A program made the position numbers and the translations under genes. A DNA stretch of 64,000 bases from Macrostomum lignano (Eukaryota): the NCBI GenBank assembly GCA_002269645.1, contig NIVC01000731.1:310001-374000 (forward strand), read 5' to 3'. The notes beneath the pieces were generated by a model. It made no database searches. It was not told the origin of the DNA and worked only from the letters and a program-made list of their open reading frames with translations. Below are positions 12,713 to 23,822 of the stretch, piece by piece. The stretch's first letter is position 1. Each line of letters opens with the position of its first letter.

Positions 12713-13801
12713 TCAGTAGGCGGCGGCGCTCATGGGGACCAGCTGTGGCTGACAGCGGACTGGGCCGCTGCTGCCGCCAGTCCTGAGCAGGTCATTGTGG
12801 TTGGCCGTGGCGTTGAGGTCGAACTGCGGCGAGGCCGGCTGGTTGAAGGACTGCAGCGGCAGGCTGCCGTCCTCCGGCTCCGAGGGGCTCCGCTCGATGA
12901 CGGCGATGTGCCAGAGGCGCAGGAACTGGCAGGGCGCCAGCGCGCCGATTGTGGTGATGTTGAGCAGCGCGGAGAAGTACACCACGGCGGCCTTGATGAT
13001 AAAGCCGTAGGGCAGCTTCTGGGTCGTCTTCTCCCGGCCGAGGACGGCCTCCAGTTCGAGGTTCTCAGTGTACGCGGCGGTGCCGGAACTGAGCAGGGCG
13101 AAGGCGGCGAGCAGCAGGCAGGCGATGGTGCTGCCCTGGTGCACGGTGAGCTTCAGGTTGAGCACCATGGTGAGGCCGAGCGCGAGCCCCAGCACCCCCA
13201 TGTGCAGCCCGCCGGCGAAGTTGGTCTTCTTGTTGACGGAGAGCAGCACCCCGGAGGCGAAGGAGCTGAGGCTGGCGATGGAGGTGGTGATGATGACTGC
13301 GGTGCACACCACCACGGGCAGGCGGAAGTTCTCGAAGCGGCAGACGACGTAGTCGCGGTAGCGGTGGATCCGCCTGGTCAGCGCGATGCAGAGGCACACG
13401 GAGCTCACCGTGTTCACGAAGTTCATGAGGATCTTGGCGAAGTTGTCAATGGAGGAGCGGGCGTCGCTCCAGGTCTCCTTGGTCTCCAGGGCGCCCACCG
13501 TCAGGCAGATGGCGGACAGGATGGCCAGCGCGGAGGAGAACAGCAGGTTGCTGATGATGGACTTCTTGCGGATGCGGATAGTGGACACGATGACGCCCAG
13601 GAAGCCGACCAGGATGGACAGCAGTCCGCACAGGAACTGCAGCACCGAGAAGAAGGTGGTGAACCGCGTGTGGTTCTGGCGCACCAGCAGCTCCGGCAGC
13701 TGGCAGATGTTCATCCCGTTCAGGATGGAGCCAGTGGCGAGCACGGTGCCCGAGGTCAGCAGGCCGGGAAGGTCCAGGAACTGCCCTGGCAGCGCCTGCA
13801 T
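12713..13801 (-). CDS. Intronless multi-pass membrane protein (~8 TM), possibly a tandem MS4A/CD20-like duplication, 362 aa
   Basis: Continuous ORF with strong GC3 bias on the minus strand and eight hydrophobic stretches. The two halves each resemble a tetraspan unit (QFLCGLLSILVGFLG / FAGGLHMGVLGLALG). The family call is pattern-based. Confidence 0.75.
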   Translation of the reverse strand: MQALPGQFLDLPGLLTSGTVLATGSILNGMNICQLPELLVRQNHTRFTTFFSVLQFLCGLLSILVGFLGVIVSTIRIRKKSIISNLLFSSALAILSAICLTVGALETKETWSDARSSIDNFAKILMNFVNTVSSVCLCIALTRRIHRYRDYVVCRFENFRLPVVVCTAVIITTSIASLSSFASGVLLSVNKKTNFAGGLHMGVLGLALGLTMVLNLKLTVHQGSTIACLLLAAFALLSSGTAAYTENLELEAVLGREKTTQKLPYGFIIKAAVVYFSALLNITTIGALAPCQFLRLWHIAVIERSPSEPEDGSLPLQSFNQPASPQFDLNATANHNDLLRTGGSSGPVRCQPQLVPMSAAAY

Positions 13802-14635
13802 GGCTGCGGCTTGAGGCGTCGCCCGGCCGTGGTCACGTGATCATCCGGGCCTGCGGCTCCATGCGCGGCCGAGTTCGCTGCTACCTGCAGCTGCGCGAGT
13901 TGGTTGAGGCTGGCGCGACTCGGGCTGGAAAAAGTGTGCCGCGCGCTGAGCTGCGAGCTGCCGGGGTCAGGGGAAGCTCAACCGGCCGCCTCCTCACGCA
14001 CCGGGACTTTGTGAGCCCAGCCCCCCCCCCCCCTGCCCGGCCTCTGCCATCCCCCAGCCTCTCTCCTCCTCGCCTCCCCTCCGCTCCGCTCCTGTCCTCG
14101 CGCGGTAATCTTGATGGCCTGCCAGATCGATACCGCAGCGTCCCCCCCTCAGCCTCACCTCCCCGCTGCCGGGCGGGCTGAGTGAGTACTCTCCGCCGCC
14201 CTGCCCCTCCGCATGCGCAACCTCAGCTCTGCGTCCGTTAGGTAGGGGTAGCCCTGGCTGCGGGGAGAGAGGTGGGCAGAGAGAGGAGAGCTGCCGGCCC
14301 TGTCTCTCCCGGGGAGGACAGGGGATGCTTGCAGCAGCTGCAGGCCGCAAGGTGACGGCCGGCCCAGATTGGGGCAAAAAACTCCGCGAAGGCCGAAGCC
14401 CCGCAGCGGTCGGTGGCCACTCATTGCCGTCGCCTCGCTTCCTCTAGGAGCAGCAGCGGCTCTCAGTCAGCTTTTGCTGCTTCCGATCGGCAGACAGCCC
14501 CCCTCACTCTCTCCTCCGTGTTTGCTGCGAAACACACACTCAGATAAACTGGCCCGGCCCCGTGTTTCACCAGCTAGGGATCGGGTGCCTTCAGCTCCTT
14601 GCTCGCGTGTTGGCGGATTGGGATAATACCCTAAA

Positions 14636-14900
14636 TAGACTGGGTTAATTCCCCACAGACTGGGTTGATTCCCTACAGACTGGGTTGATTCCCCAGAGAC
14701 TGGGTTGATTCCCCACAGACTGGGTTAATTCCCCACAGACTGGGTTAATTCCCCACAGACTGGGTTAATTCCCCACAGACTGGGTTAATTCCCCACAGAC
14801 TGGGTTAATTCCCCACAGACTGGGTTAATTCCCCACAGACTGGGTTAATTCCCCACAGACTGGGTTAATTCCCCACAGACTGGGTTAATTCCCCACAGAC
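14636..14900. repeat. 20-bp tandem repeat CAGACTGGGTTAATTCCCCA, 13 copies
   Basis: Direct reading; nearly homogeneous. Confidence 0.96.
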
Positions 14901-14926
14901 GGTTACTTCATCGGTTTCCCTAAGAG

Positions 14927-15020
14927 CTGTACACCCGGTGTGAGCGTGTGTATGAGTGCGGGACTGCGTACAGCCGAAGTCAGCGAAATGGGCAGAATTG
15001 CCTCGCCGATGGCTGCGGGA
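14927..15020 (-). mobile_element. Diverged partial inverted copy of the ~200-bp interspersed repeat
   Basis: CTGTACAC..GTGTGAG..GACTGCGTAC and AATGGGCAG..TGCCTC match the reverse complement of 3711-3916. Confidence 0.5.
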
Positions 15021-15492
15021 CGATGTCCCCGAAGCGTTGCGCCAGGGTGGTCGCAGTCCTCCTGCGATTATTGATTTATTACAGTGGAGCTGCCAGCTCT
15101 GCCAAGTGCTCAAACTTTAACTTGAGCTTTTGTACTCAGCCTTCACTGCACGGTGCCAATTCGAAAAGTTGGCTATCAGAGCCTGGCTGCAGGCGGCCCT
15201 ACAGTTTAATAATTCACGACCCGAGTGTGAAAGACAGTCCCCGGGCAAGTGGGCGGCAGACCAACTCTGAAACCTCGGGCATCAGCCCGGCGCCCGAGGC
15301 CATGGACACTCAAATTGCTTGCGACAGCTCGCCTCGCCTTGAGGGGACAGTCGGGTAGTCCTTGAACCTACAGGGGACTCTCATTTTTACAACTTGGATT
15401 CGAAGTCGAGGAGAGTTCAGATAAATTTATCTTTTACTGCGAGAAAAACTTCTAACGAGTTTTTAAGATTGTTTCACCAAATTAATCTAAGA

Positions 15493-16400
15493 ATCTAGCT
15501 GCTTCCACACCCAGCTGCTTCCACACCCAGCTGCTTCCACCTCTAGCTGCTTCCACACCCAACTGCTTCCACACCCAACTGCTTCCACCCCTAGCTGCTT
15601 CCACATCCAACTGCTTCCACACCCAAATGCTTCCACACCCAACTGCTTCCACACCCAACTGCTTCCACCTCTAGCTGCTTCCACACCCAACTGCTTCCAC
15701 ACCCAACTGCTTCCACCCCTAGCTGCTTCCACATCCAACTGCTTCCACACCCAAATGCTTCCACACCCAACTGCTTCCACATCCAACTGCTTCCACATCC
15801 AACTGCTTCCACACCCAACTGCTTCCACACCCAACTGCTTCCACCTCTAGCTGCTTCCACACCCAACTGCTTCCACACCCAACTGCTTCCACCTCTAGCT
15901 GCTTCCACATCCAACTGCTTCCACACCCAAATGCTTCCACACCCAACTGCTTCCACACCCACCTGCTTCCACCTCTAGCTGCTTCCACACCCAACTGCTT
16001 CCACCTCTAGCTGCTTCCACACCCAACTGCTTCCACCTCTAGCTGCTTCCACACCCAACTGCTTCCACCTCTAGCTGCTTCCACATCCAACTGCTTCCAC
16101 ACCCAACTGCTTCCACCTCTAGCTGCTTCCACATCCAACTGCTTCCACACCCAAATGCTTCCACACCCAACTGCTTCCACACCCACCTGCTTCCACCTCT
16201 AGCTGCTTCCACACCCAACTGCTTCCACCTCTAGCTGCTTCCACACCCAACTGCTTCCACCTCTAGCTGCTTCCACACCCAACTGCTTCCACCTCTAGCT
16301 GCTTCCACACCCAACTGCTTCCACCTCTAGCTGCTTCCACATCCAACTGCTTCCACATCCAGCTGCTTCCACATCCAGCTGCTTCCACATCCAGCTGCTT
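15493..16400. repeat. 16-bp minisatellite CTGCTTCCACACCCAA / CTGCTTCCACCTCTAG, ~56 copies
   Basis: Direct reading. Confidence 0.96.
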
Positions 16401-17066
16401 CCACATTCAGCTGCTTCCACAGGCAGCATTCACAAAATTGCATTGCAGTAACAATGCGGAATAGATCGACTTTTTCTCGTCCAGTCCAAGGACCCCCAAT
16501 GCGGCAGGGGTCCCTGACTTGGGCAATGGAAAGGAAGAGAGGCGCCGGTGGTGGAGTTCCGCAGGGTAAGGCGATCTGGCGAATCAATTATTTAAGTTTT
16601 ATCCCGGCTGAATCCAAAAGGCTGCCATGAGGGGTGTCCAGCGCCCCCCCCCCCCAAGTAATCCGCGGCTGAGTCCCAGGGAGGGCCAAGCGAGAGGATC
16701 TGCCCCAGAATCGGAGGGGGACTCACTGTGTTCCACTTTTACTTTGCCTGAAAGTCCGCTGGGAATTCGCTGCCCTAATCGGAAATTGCTGCTCTTTCGC
16801 CTGCCAAGCAACCAGCCGCCCCCCCCCCATCCTGGAGCGCTGCGGAGCATCCCGCCTATGCTGGGATTCAGGGGGACCCGCTGGGGACAGAAGTGGGGCG
16901 AGGGGGGCTCTGCAGACAGACAGGGAAATCTGCCGGCCACAAGGCCAGGCTGGAGATCGATGTCGCTCGCACCCTCCGCTCGGCATCAATGCGGCATTTT
17001 GCTGCAATCAGCGAGGGCCGGAGTTTTACAGGAGCAGCCTCGGAATCGGCACAAGATGCTCCGACT

Positions 17067-18253
17067 CTGACCCTAACCCTAACCCTGTAACCCTAACTCT
17101 CCAACCATAGCCCTAACCCTAACCTTGTAACCCTAATTCTCCAACCATAGCCCTAACCCTAACCCTGTAACCCTGACTTTAACCATAGCCCTAACCCTAA
17201 CCCTGTAACCCTGAGTCTTTAACCATAGCCCTAACCCTAACCCTGTAACCCTGAGTCTTTAACCATAGCCCTAACCCTAACCCTGTAACCCTGAGTCTTT
17301 AACCATAGCCCTAACCCTAACCCTGCAACCCTGAGTCTTTAACCAGAGCCCTAACCCCAACCCTGTAACCCTGACTCTAACCAGAGCTCTAACCCTAACC
17401 CTGTAACCCTGACTCTAACCATAGCCCTAACCCTAACCCTGTAACCCTGACTTTAACCATAGCCCTAACCCTAACCCTGTAACCCTAACTCTCCAACCAT
17501 AGCCCTAACCCTAACCCTGTAACCCTGAGTCTTTAACCATAGCCCTAACCCTAACCCTGTAACCCTGAGTCTTTAACCATAGCCCTAACCCTAACCCTGC
17601 AACCCTGAGTCTTTAACCAGAGCCCTAACCCCAACCCTGTAACCCTGACTCTAACCATAGCCCTAACCCTAACCCTGTAACCCTGACTCTAACCATAGCC
17701 CTAACTCTAACCCTGTAACCCTGACTCTAACCAGAGCTCTAACCCTAACCCTGTAACCCTGACTCTAACCATAGCCCTAACCCTAACCCTGTAACCCTGA
17801 CTCTAACCAGAGCCCTAACCCTAACTCTGTAACCCTGACTCTAACCAGAGCCCTAACCCTAACCCTGTAACCCTAACTCTCCAACCATAGCCCTAACCCT
17901 AACCCTGTAACCCTAACTCTCCAACCATAGCCCTAACCCTAACCCTGTAACCCTGACTCTAACCATAGCTCTAACCCTAACCCTGTCACCCTGACTCTAA
18001 CCATAGCCCTAACCCTAACCCTGTAACCCTGACTCTAACCATAGCCCTAACTCTAACCCTGTAACCCTGACTCTAACCAGAGCTCTAACCCTAACCCTGT
18101 AACCCTAACTCTCCAACCATAGCCCTAACCCTAACCCTGTAACCCTGACTCTAACCATAGCTCTAACCCTAACCCTGTCACCCTGACTCTAACCATAGCC
18201 CTAACCCTAACCCTGTAACCCTGACTCTAACCATAGCCCTAACTCTAACCCTA
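17067..18253. repeat. Interstitial telomere-like higher-order repeat, ~38-bp unit CCCTAA CCCTAA CCCTGTAA CCCTGA CTCTAA CCATAG, ~31 copies
   Basis: The unit is six hexamer-like blocks, two being the exact TTAGGG complement. Confidence 0.92.
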
Positions 18254-18722
18254 GATCGCTAACCAAAGAGCCCCCAAGGCGCACAGAAGTGCACCTCCCT
18301 GACGCTGAGAAAGTCAGGGCTGCTGTGCACCCTTGTGTAAGCGTGTTCAGGGGTCGAATTAAGTCAGTCAGTCCTAGATTGTCGTTGTTTTCAAAAGTAT
18401 TAAAACTTGTCAAGAGATCAGCAGGAGGCGGGTGACAGCATGCACTTTGCGCAGACGCTCTCATTTATCAGAAGCAAGTGGATCGGTTTGATAAATTCTT
18501 CGCTAAAAAGGGGGGGGGGGCAAAACATCGAGTCGATACACTCGAAAAAAATTTAATTCTCTAGCAATCAGTTTATTAGTAAATATGCAGGTTTCGCGGG
18601 CGGCTGCGCGGCCCTTATCGCTCTTTCATAGAAAGCCCGAGAGATAGGCGGGCCCGCCGAGTGTGAAGATAAAAAACACGCAAGGGCGTTTTTTTGGCGC
18701 AACGGCGCAGGTGAGAAGCGCG

Positions 18723-18736
18723 GTTTCCATGGCAAC
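18723..18736. promoter_or_regulatory. RFX X-box GTTTCCATGGCAAC
   Basis: Matches the X-box consensus; followed by a TATA-like CATAAAAG (~18783) and a strong donor CTG|GTGAGC (18921/18922). Function untested. Confidence 0.45.
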
Positions 18737-19109
18737 TGGGCCTCAATTTATCGCTGACGTCTTTGAGCCCCGCGCAGTCATTCATAAAAGAGCGCCTTCC
18801 CAGAGACAGACAAGAGGCGATTTGATTATCGGGGCACCCTTGCTTGTAGAAGAGCGAAATTTCTGCAACAGAAGACAGCACCGCCGGAATCTGCCAAACT
18901 TTTATTCTGATTCAGTCGCTGGTGAGCATTTGTTACCGCTGTTGGATGCTTTTAGCCTGGAAAATTGATCGAATGAAAATCAGTTTAAGTTTTTTTCGTT
19001 TCTTTACGACTTTATACTGATTCTGAAAGGCGCAGGATTGGGATTGGGAAAAAAGAAGCACCGGTTGTACGGTTGAAATCAAATAGGGAAATTAGAGCTG
19101 TTGGAAAAA

Positions 19110-20222
19110 AAGACACCTGTCAGACATGGGGAGAGACACCTGTCAGATATGGGAAGAGACACCTGTCAGATATGGGAAGAGACACCTGTCAGATATGGGA
19201 AGAGACACCTGTCAGACATGGGAAGAGACACCTGTCAGACATGGGAGGAGACACCTGTCAGATATGGGAAGAGACACCTGTCAGACATGGGGAGAGACAC
19301 CTGTCAGGCATGGGGAGAGATACCTGTCAGACATGGGGAGAGATACCTGTCAGGCATGGGGAGAGATACCTGTCAGGCATGGGGAGAGATACCTGTCAGG
19401 CATGGGGAGAGATACCTGTCAGGCATGGGGGAGAGATACCTGTCAGGCATGGGGAGATATACCTGCCAGACATGGGAAGATATACCTGCCAGACATGGGA
19501 AGATATACCTGTCAGGCATGGGGGAGAGATACCTGTCAGACATGGGGAGAGATACCTGTCAGACATGGGGGGAGATACCTGTCAGGCATGGGGAGAGATA
19601 CCTGTCAGACATGGGGGGGGAGAGATACCTGTCAGACATGGGGGAGAGATACCTGTCAGGCATGGGGAGAGATACCTGTCAGGCATGGGGAGAGATACCT
19701 GTCAGGCATGGGGGAGAGATACCTGTCAGGCATGGGGAGATATACCTGCCAGACATGGGAAGATATACCTGCCAGACATGGGAAGATATACCTGTCAGGC
19801 ATGGGGGAGAGATACCTGTCAGACATGGGGAGAGATACCTGTCAGACATGGGGGGAGATACCTGTCAGGCATGGGGGAGAGATACCTGTCAGACATGGGG
19901 GGGGAGAGATACCTGTCAGACATGGGGGAGAGATACCTGTCAGGCATGGGGGAGAGATACCTGTCAGGCATGGGGAGAGATACCTGTCAGACATGGGGAG
20001 AGATACCTGTCAGACATGGAGGGAGATACCTGTCAGGCATGGGGGGAGATACCTGTCAGACATGGGGAGAGATACCTGTCAGGCATGGGGAGAGATACCT
20101 GTCAGACATGGGGAGAGATACCTGTCAGACATGGAGTGAGATACCTGTCAGGCATGGGGGGAGATACCTGCCAGACATGGGGAGAGATACCTGTCAGGCA
20201 CGGGGAGAGATACCTGTCAGAC
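19110..20222. repeat. ~23-bp minisatellite GAGATACCTGTCAGACATGGGGA, ~47 copies
   Basis: Direct reading; variable G-run. Confidence 0.96.
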
Positions 20223-20370
20223 GTGTTACACACCTGTTAGAAAACGTCAGCCCTTCAAAGCCACGCCATAGAAGGTGGGAATTTTCAGCGGAGGAGACTC
20301 AGCGGAGCATCTGCTCCTGCATTCCTCTTAGGAAACAAAAATAAAAAAAGAAATCGAACTCATATTTCAG

Positions 20371-23300
20371 CACAGATACTAAATACCATAGATGGTTCAC
20401 TCGACTATATTTAGCAAAACTACTCTCTGTTCGGTAGTATGATCGTAAAAAGCTATATTTATTTATTCAACTGCATGTAGCTGTGAATAATTAAGCTAAA
20501 ACATTGATTATTGACGTTGTCTACACAATCGTAAGTCAAAATTTAATGCTACATTGCTACTGGTATACTCAGTAATTATTTTTATTTATTTAGCAAGCAA
20601 GCAACATTTTTGTGCATTGCAAGTGAGAAAAAAGAACAAAACGGGGTAATATTTATAATACAGTGAAATTAAAATTACCGTAGAATAAAAGGATGCGACT
20701 ATAAAGTTCTTAAGTTATACTAGTGTAACAAAGTTAGTGTAGTTTGCGAATTTTCCCCATAGTTTTCTTTTTTGGGCCACTGCACGCAGGTTCTTCATTT
20801 CACGTCGGCACCAATGGTGCAGCCGTAGGTGAGCAAAATTTTTAAAAACCTGATTATGCACCCGCGTGTGATGCAGCTCGCAGGCAGGCAGTGCTACTAA
20901 TTGTTCCCGGAGGTGGTTAACAAACCGAGCTGCCACACGAGGCTGGATTATGAAGCTGGATGTCAGGGCTGCGAACTCGGCTTCCATCTTCATAAATGCA
21001 ACAAGCGCCACCGGCGAGGGCGCAGTCAACCCGCGGAATGCATGCGAGTAGGTCTTGTGCTGGATGTGAACCCCTGCAGATTCGGATGCTGTAAGCAAAG
21101 AGTTGCACACCTGACAGTGAAGAACTCGGCTTCGCTTTAGCACATATCCGCCAACGTACTCAGCAGCTTCCAGCGAGACATTGCTTGCGCCCTGCCAGGA
21201 GTCCAGTTTTTTTTGGAGCAGCTGCTGCTGTGGTGCCTGGCATACAACACTGCTTGAGTTCTGTGGACCCGCTTTGGTAGTCACACAGTCTCCGGCACCG
21301 GTGGGGGCGCAGGCTGCTATGATGGCAGCCTCACAGTTGTCGTCTTCGCAGTTGCGAGACGTCGAGTCAGGCTGGGCCAGGCCGCTGGCAGCCACGGACC
21401 GCAGGGCACCGACGAAGGAGCTGAGCTCTGGTCTGTCGTTAAAACCGTTGTGCCCGCGGATGATGCAGAAAAGGTTCTGAAGAGGAGAATTGTACGATGC
21501 CCTTTGTTTCATCAATGCAAATTCTTGTACATTGCTGAACCACTAATTAGGGTGAAGTAATCTTTAAATATTTAATTATGGAAATATAGTCTCGCTTTTA
21601 ATAAATTTTGTGAACTTACCTCAACGTGATCTTGAGTAAATCGGCGAGTACACACGTAGTCAAAGTGGTGGTCCCGAATGAGAGTAGTGCACAGCTGCTT
21701 GGTAGCAGAAAGCGATAGGAGCCACCCTTCTTTGAATGGCATCGTAGGCTTAACAGCGCGCCCATTCAGTGGGAGAAAGCGCCAGCTCCGCACGAAGTCT
21801 TCCGCCTCTGTCAGACGGTCGATCTGCGCCGATAGAGTATCGCGATGAATCGGCTGCTGGAAGCCTTTGCCATAGAGATGCGCTGAGTTCAGCATGTCGA
21901 AAATGTCATTCAGACGCTTCGCAAATTCAGCTGTCTGCAACGCATCCTCAGATAACTCATTATGATGGACCAAAGTCCTGATACCACTTGCAACAGAATG
22001 GCTTAACACTTGTGCTGCGAGCGATACTTTCATCTTCTGACCCAGAGCTAAGCTGAAATGAGCGTCGGTGAGCTTGCTTGCTAATCGGAGAGATGGGCCG
22101 CTGTCGTTCTGATAAAACTGGATGAGATGCTGCCACTTAGCTAGCTTGCACTCGTTGAATTTGATGTCGTTCTTCATCAGGGCGTTTCTAGCATTTTTTA
22201 GGCAATGTGGGATGTCCACGATGACGTAGACTGGTTCACCGGTTACAGGGTGACGTAAAAAAGGATTTGCAGTGTCAGCCCGTCTGGAAAGGTGAGCCCA
22301 CTGGGTTGACTCTTGATCCGCAACCAGTGCAACGACCTTAATCCCGGCCTTGTGGCTAGCTGTCAGGCACTCATCAATAGCTATTCCAAATCCTTCTTGG
22401 CCAAGAGTTCGAAAAACAGGATAATATGCGATTGGTTGTTTCCAGTCCTGAAAGACTCCTCGAAGCACAGCGACGATGGCCTCGTTTACAGGTCTGGGCA
22501 ACTGCTCCTTGCTGTCATCAGCGGTTCGTGGATCGAATTCGCCGCCTAATTGTCGAACTTGATGGTAGCGGAATTTTCCACTTATTGCGGACCAGTCGGT
22601 AAGCTGACGAGCCTTTGTGATGCAGCTGAATTGAGCACGCAATGTCTTTTTTGGTCCAGCGCATGCCGCGACTGCGAACATCACGCCTGATCTTCTGCTG
22701 CATCAGACGAGTAGCTATTGAGCTGCTGCTACCCGACTGGACTGCTTTTGCTTTTTCTATTCGCGCTTGCATCTGTCGGATGGTGGTTTTTTGGCGGCGA
22801 ACTTTGCTGCGCAGCTGAGCGATGATGTTATTGCTTGGTTGTTCAGCATGACCTTGGTTGGTTGAGCTGTTGGCTGTTGGCATTGTCTGCTGCTCTTCGG
22901 CCTGTGGCGGCTCACCATCGGTGCTGTTGAATGGCTGCAGTTCAGGTGGATAGAGATTGTCAGCCTCTTCGTCACTGCGAAAAACCAAATGTGTCAGGTC
23001 ATGTGCAATGAGGCGGGGTAGAGTCAGCTCCCTGTCTGGAACGGCATTCCATCGCAAACGTGTGGTATATTCATGTCGCAGAGAAGGACAGCTGTAATCA
23101 TTGTCAGTAAAATGCACACTGCACACTCGCAATCCCATCTTGCGAATGGCTCCGATGTCCAAGTCGATTTCCAGCATTTGCCTCCATCGATTCGCAACTC
23201 CGTCGTCCGCTGGAAACCTGTGCATTCGCACAGCCACTCCCTCGTCCGTTAGAGATTGCGCTGTATGGGTGCAGGTGGCTGCACAGCAGCGCTTTGAGCT

Positions 23301-23773
23301 GAATTCCATGTCAGTATGGTGATTGCAAGAAGCGTTGCTGGTGTTTTTGTCGTTCTTGCACTGCTTGCTGGTAAAGTGCGAAGTAAAATCTTTTCTTTCT
23401 CCGTCCTGCCTTATTACTTTAAACTCCGTATCTCGTCCCACTTGACTGCTAGCTAGAAACGAAGTCAATCGATTTCTTCGACTGTCTATGGCCAAGACCA
23501 ACGCCTTTTTGGGGTGGGTGCAGATTTTACTAGTGGTTTTTACGCCTGAGAATTCCGATCCACTGCCAAGCTTGGCCATAGATAAAAGAATTGAAAGCGC
23601 CAAGGTTGTGCGCGTGTGACGCGGGCATCTAGACCATCATTCTCTCCAAATATTTTATGTCAAGACAAAAAATAGAGCAAATATGCGCTTATGCCACTGG
23701 ACAGAGAGTAGCAAATCAAACTGACGCATAAAGATAATGCTGAGTGAACCATCTAGGGTATTTATTATCTGTG
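20371..23773 (-). mobile_element. P-superfamily (THAP9-like) DNA transposon, 3,403 bp, 32-bp TIRs, 8-bp TSD TATTTCAG
   Basis: Left TIR CACAGATACTAAATACCATAGATGGTTCACTC (20371-20402) versus reverse complement of 23742-23773 CACAGATAATAAATACCCTAGATGGTTCACTC (30/32). TATTTCAG at 20363-20370 and 23774-23781. CA...TG termini and an 8-bp TSD are typical of P elements. Confidence 0.95.
20715..23579 (-). pseudogene. THAP-domain P-element transposase, frameshifted and internally deleted; intron 21477-21619
   Basis: THAP zinc finger (RCCAATC...HRFP...W...RVCSVHF), coiled coil, LPSSSTIRRR, then a frame switch to WKQPIAYY, VADQ, DIPHCLKNARN, KMKVSLAAQVLSHSVA, TQDHVE|NLF (GAG|GTAAGT ... TCTTCAG|AAC). The xFDEM first-catalytic-Asp segment is absent. 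Confidence 0.88.
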
Positions 23774-23822
23774 TATTTCAGACACAGCCTTCATCGCCCA
23801 GATCGCGCCGACTCGCTGAGCC

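Noticed and set aside
12713-13801. GPCR call for the membrane protein
   Set aside because: No DRY, CWxP or NPxxY motifs; the hydropathy pattern fits eight helices in two blocks better.
12797-13840. 347-aa plus-strand ORF
   Set aside because: Antisense shadow of the membrane-protein gene; codon bias favours the minus strand.
17067-18253. True chromosome end
   Set aside because: The repeat is degenerate, higher-order and flanked by unique sequence on both sides.
19073-20344. 337-423 aa repetitive ORFs in three frames
   Set aside because: Open in all frames because the 23-bp unit lacks stops; non-coding array.
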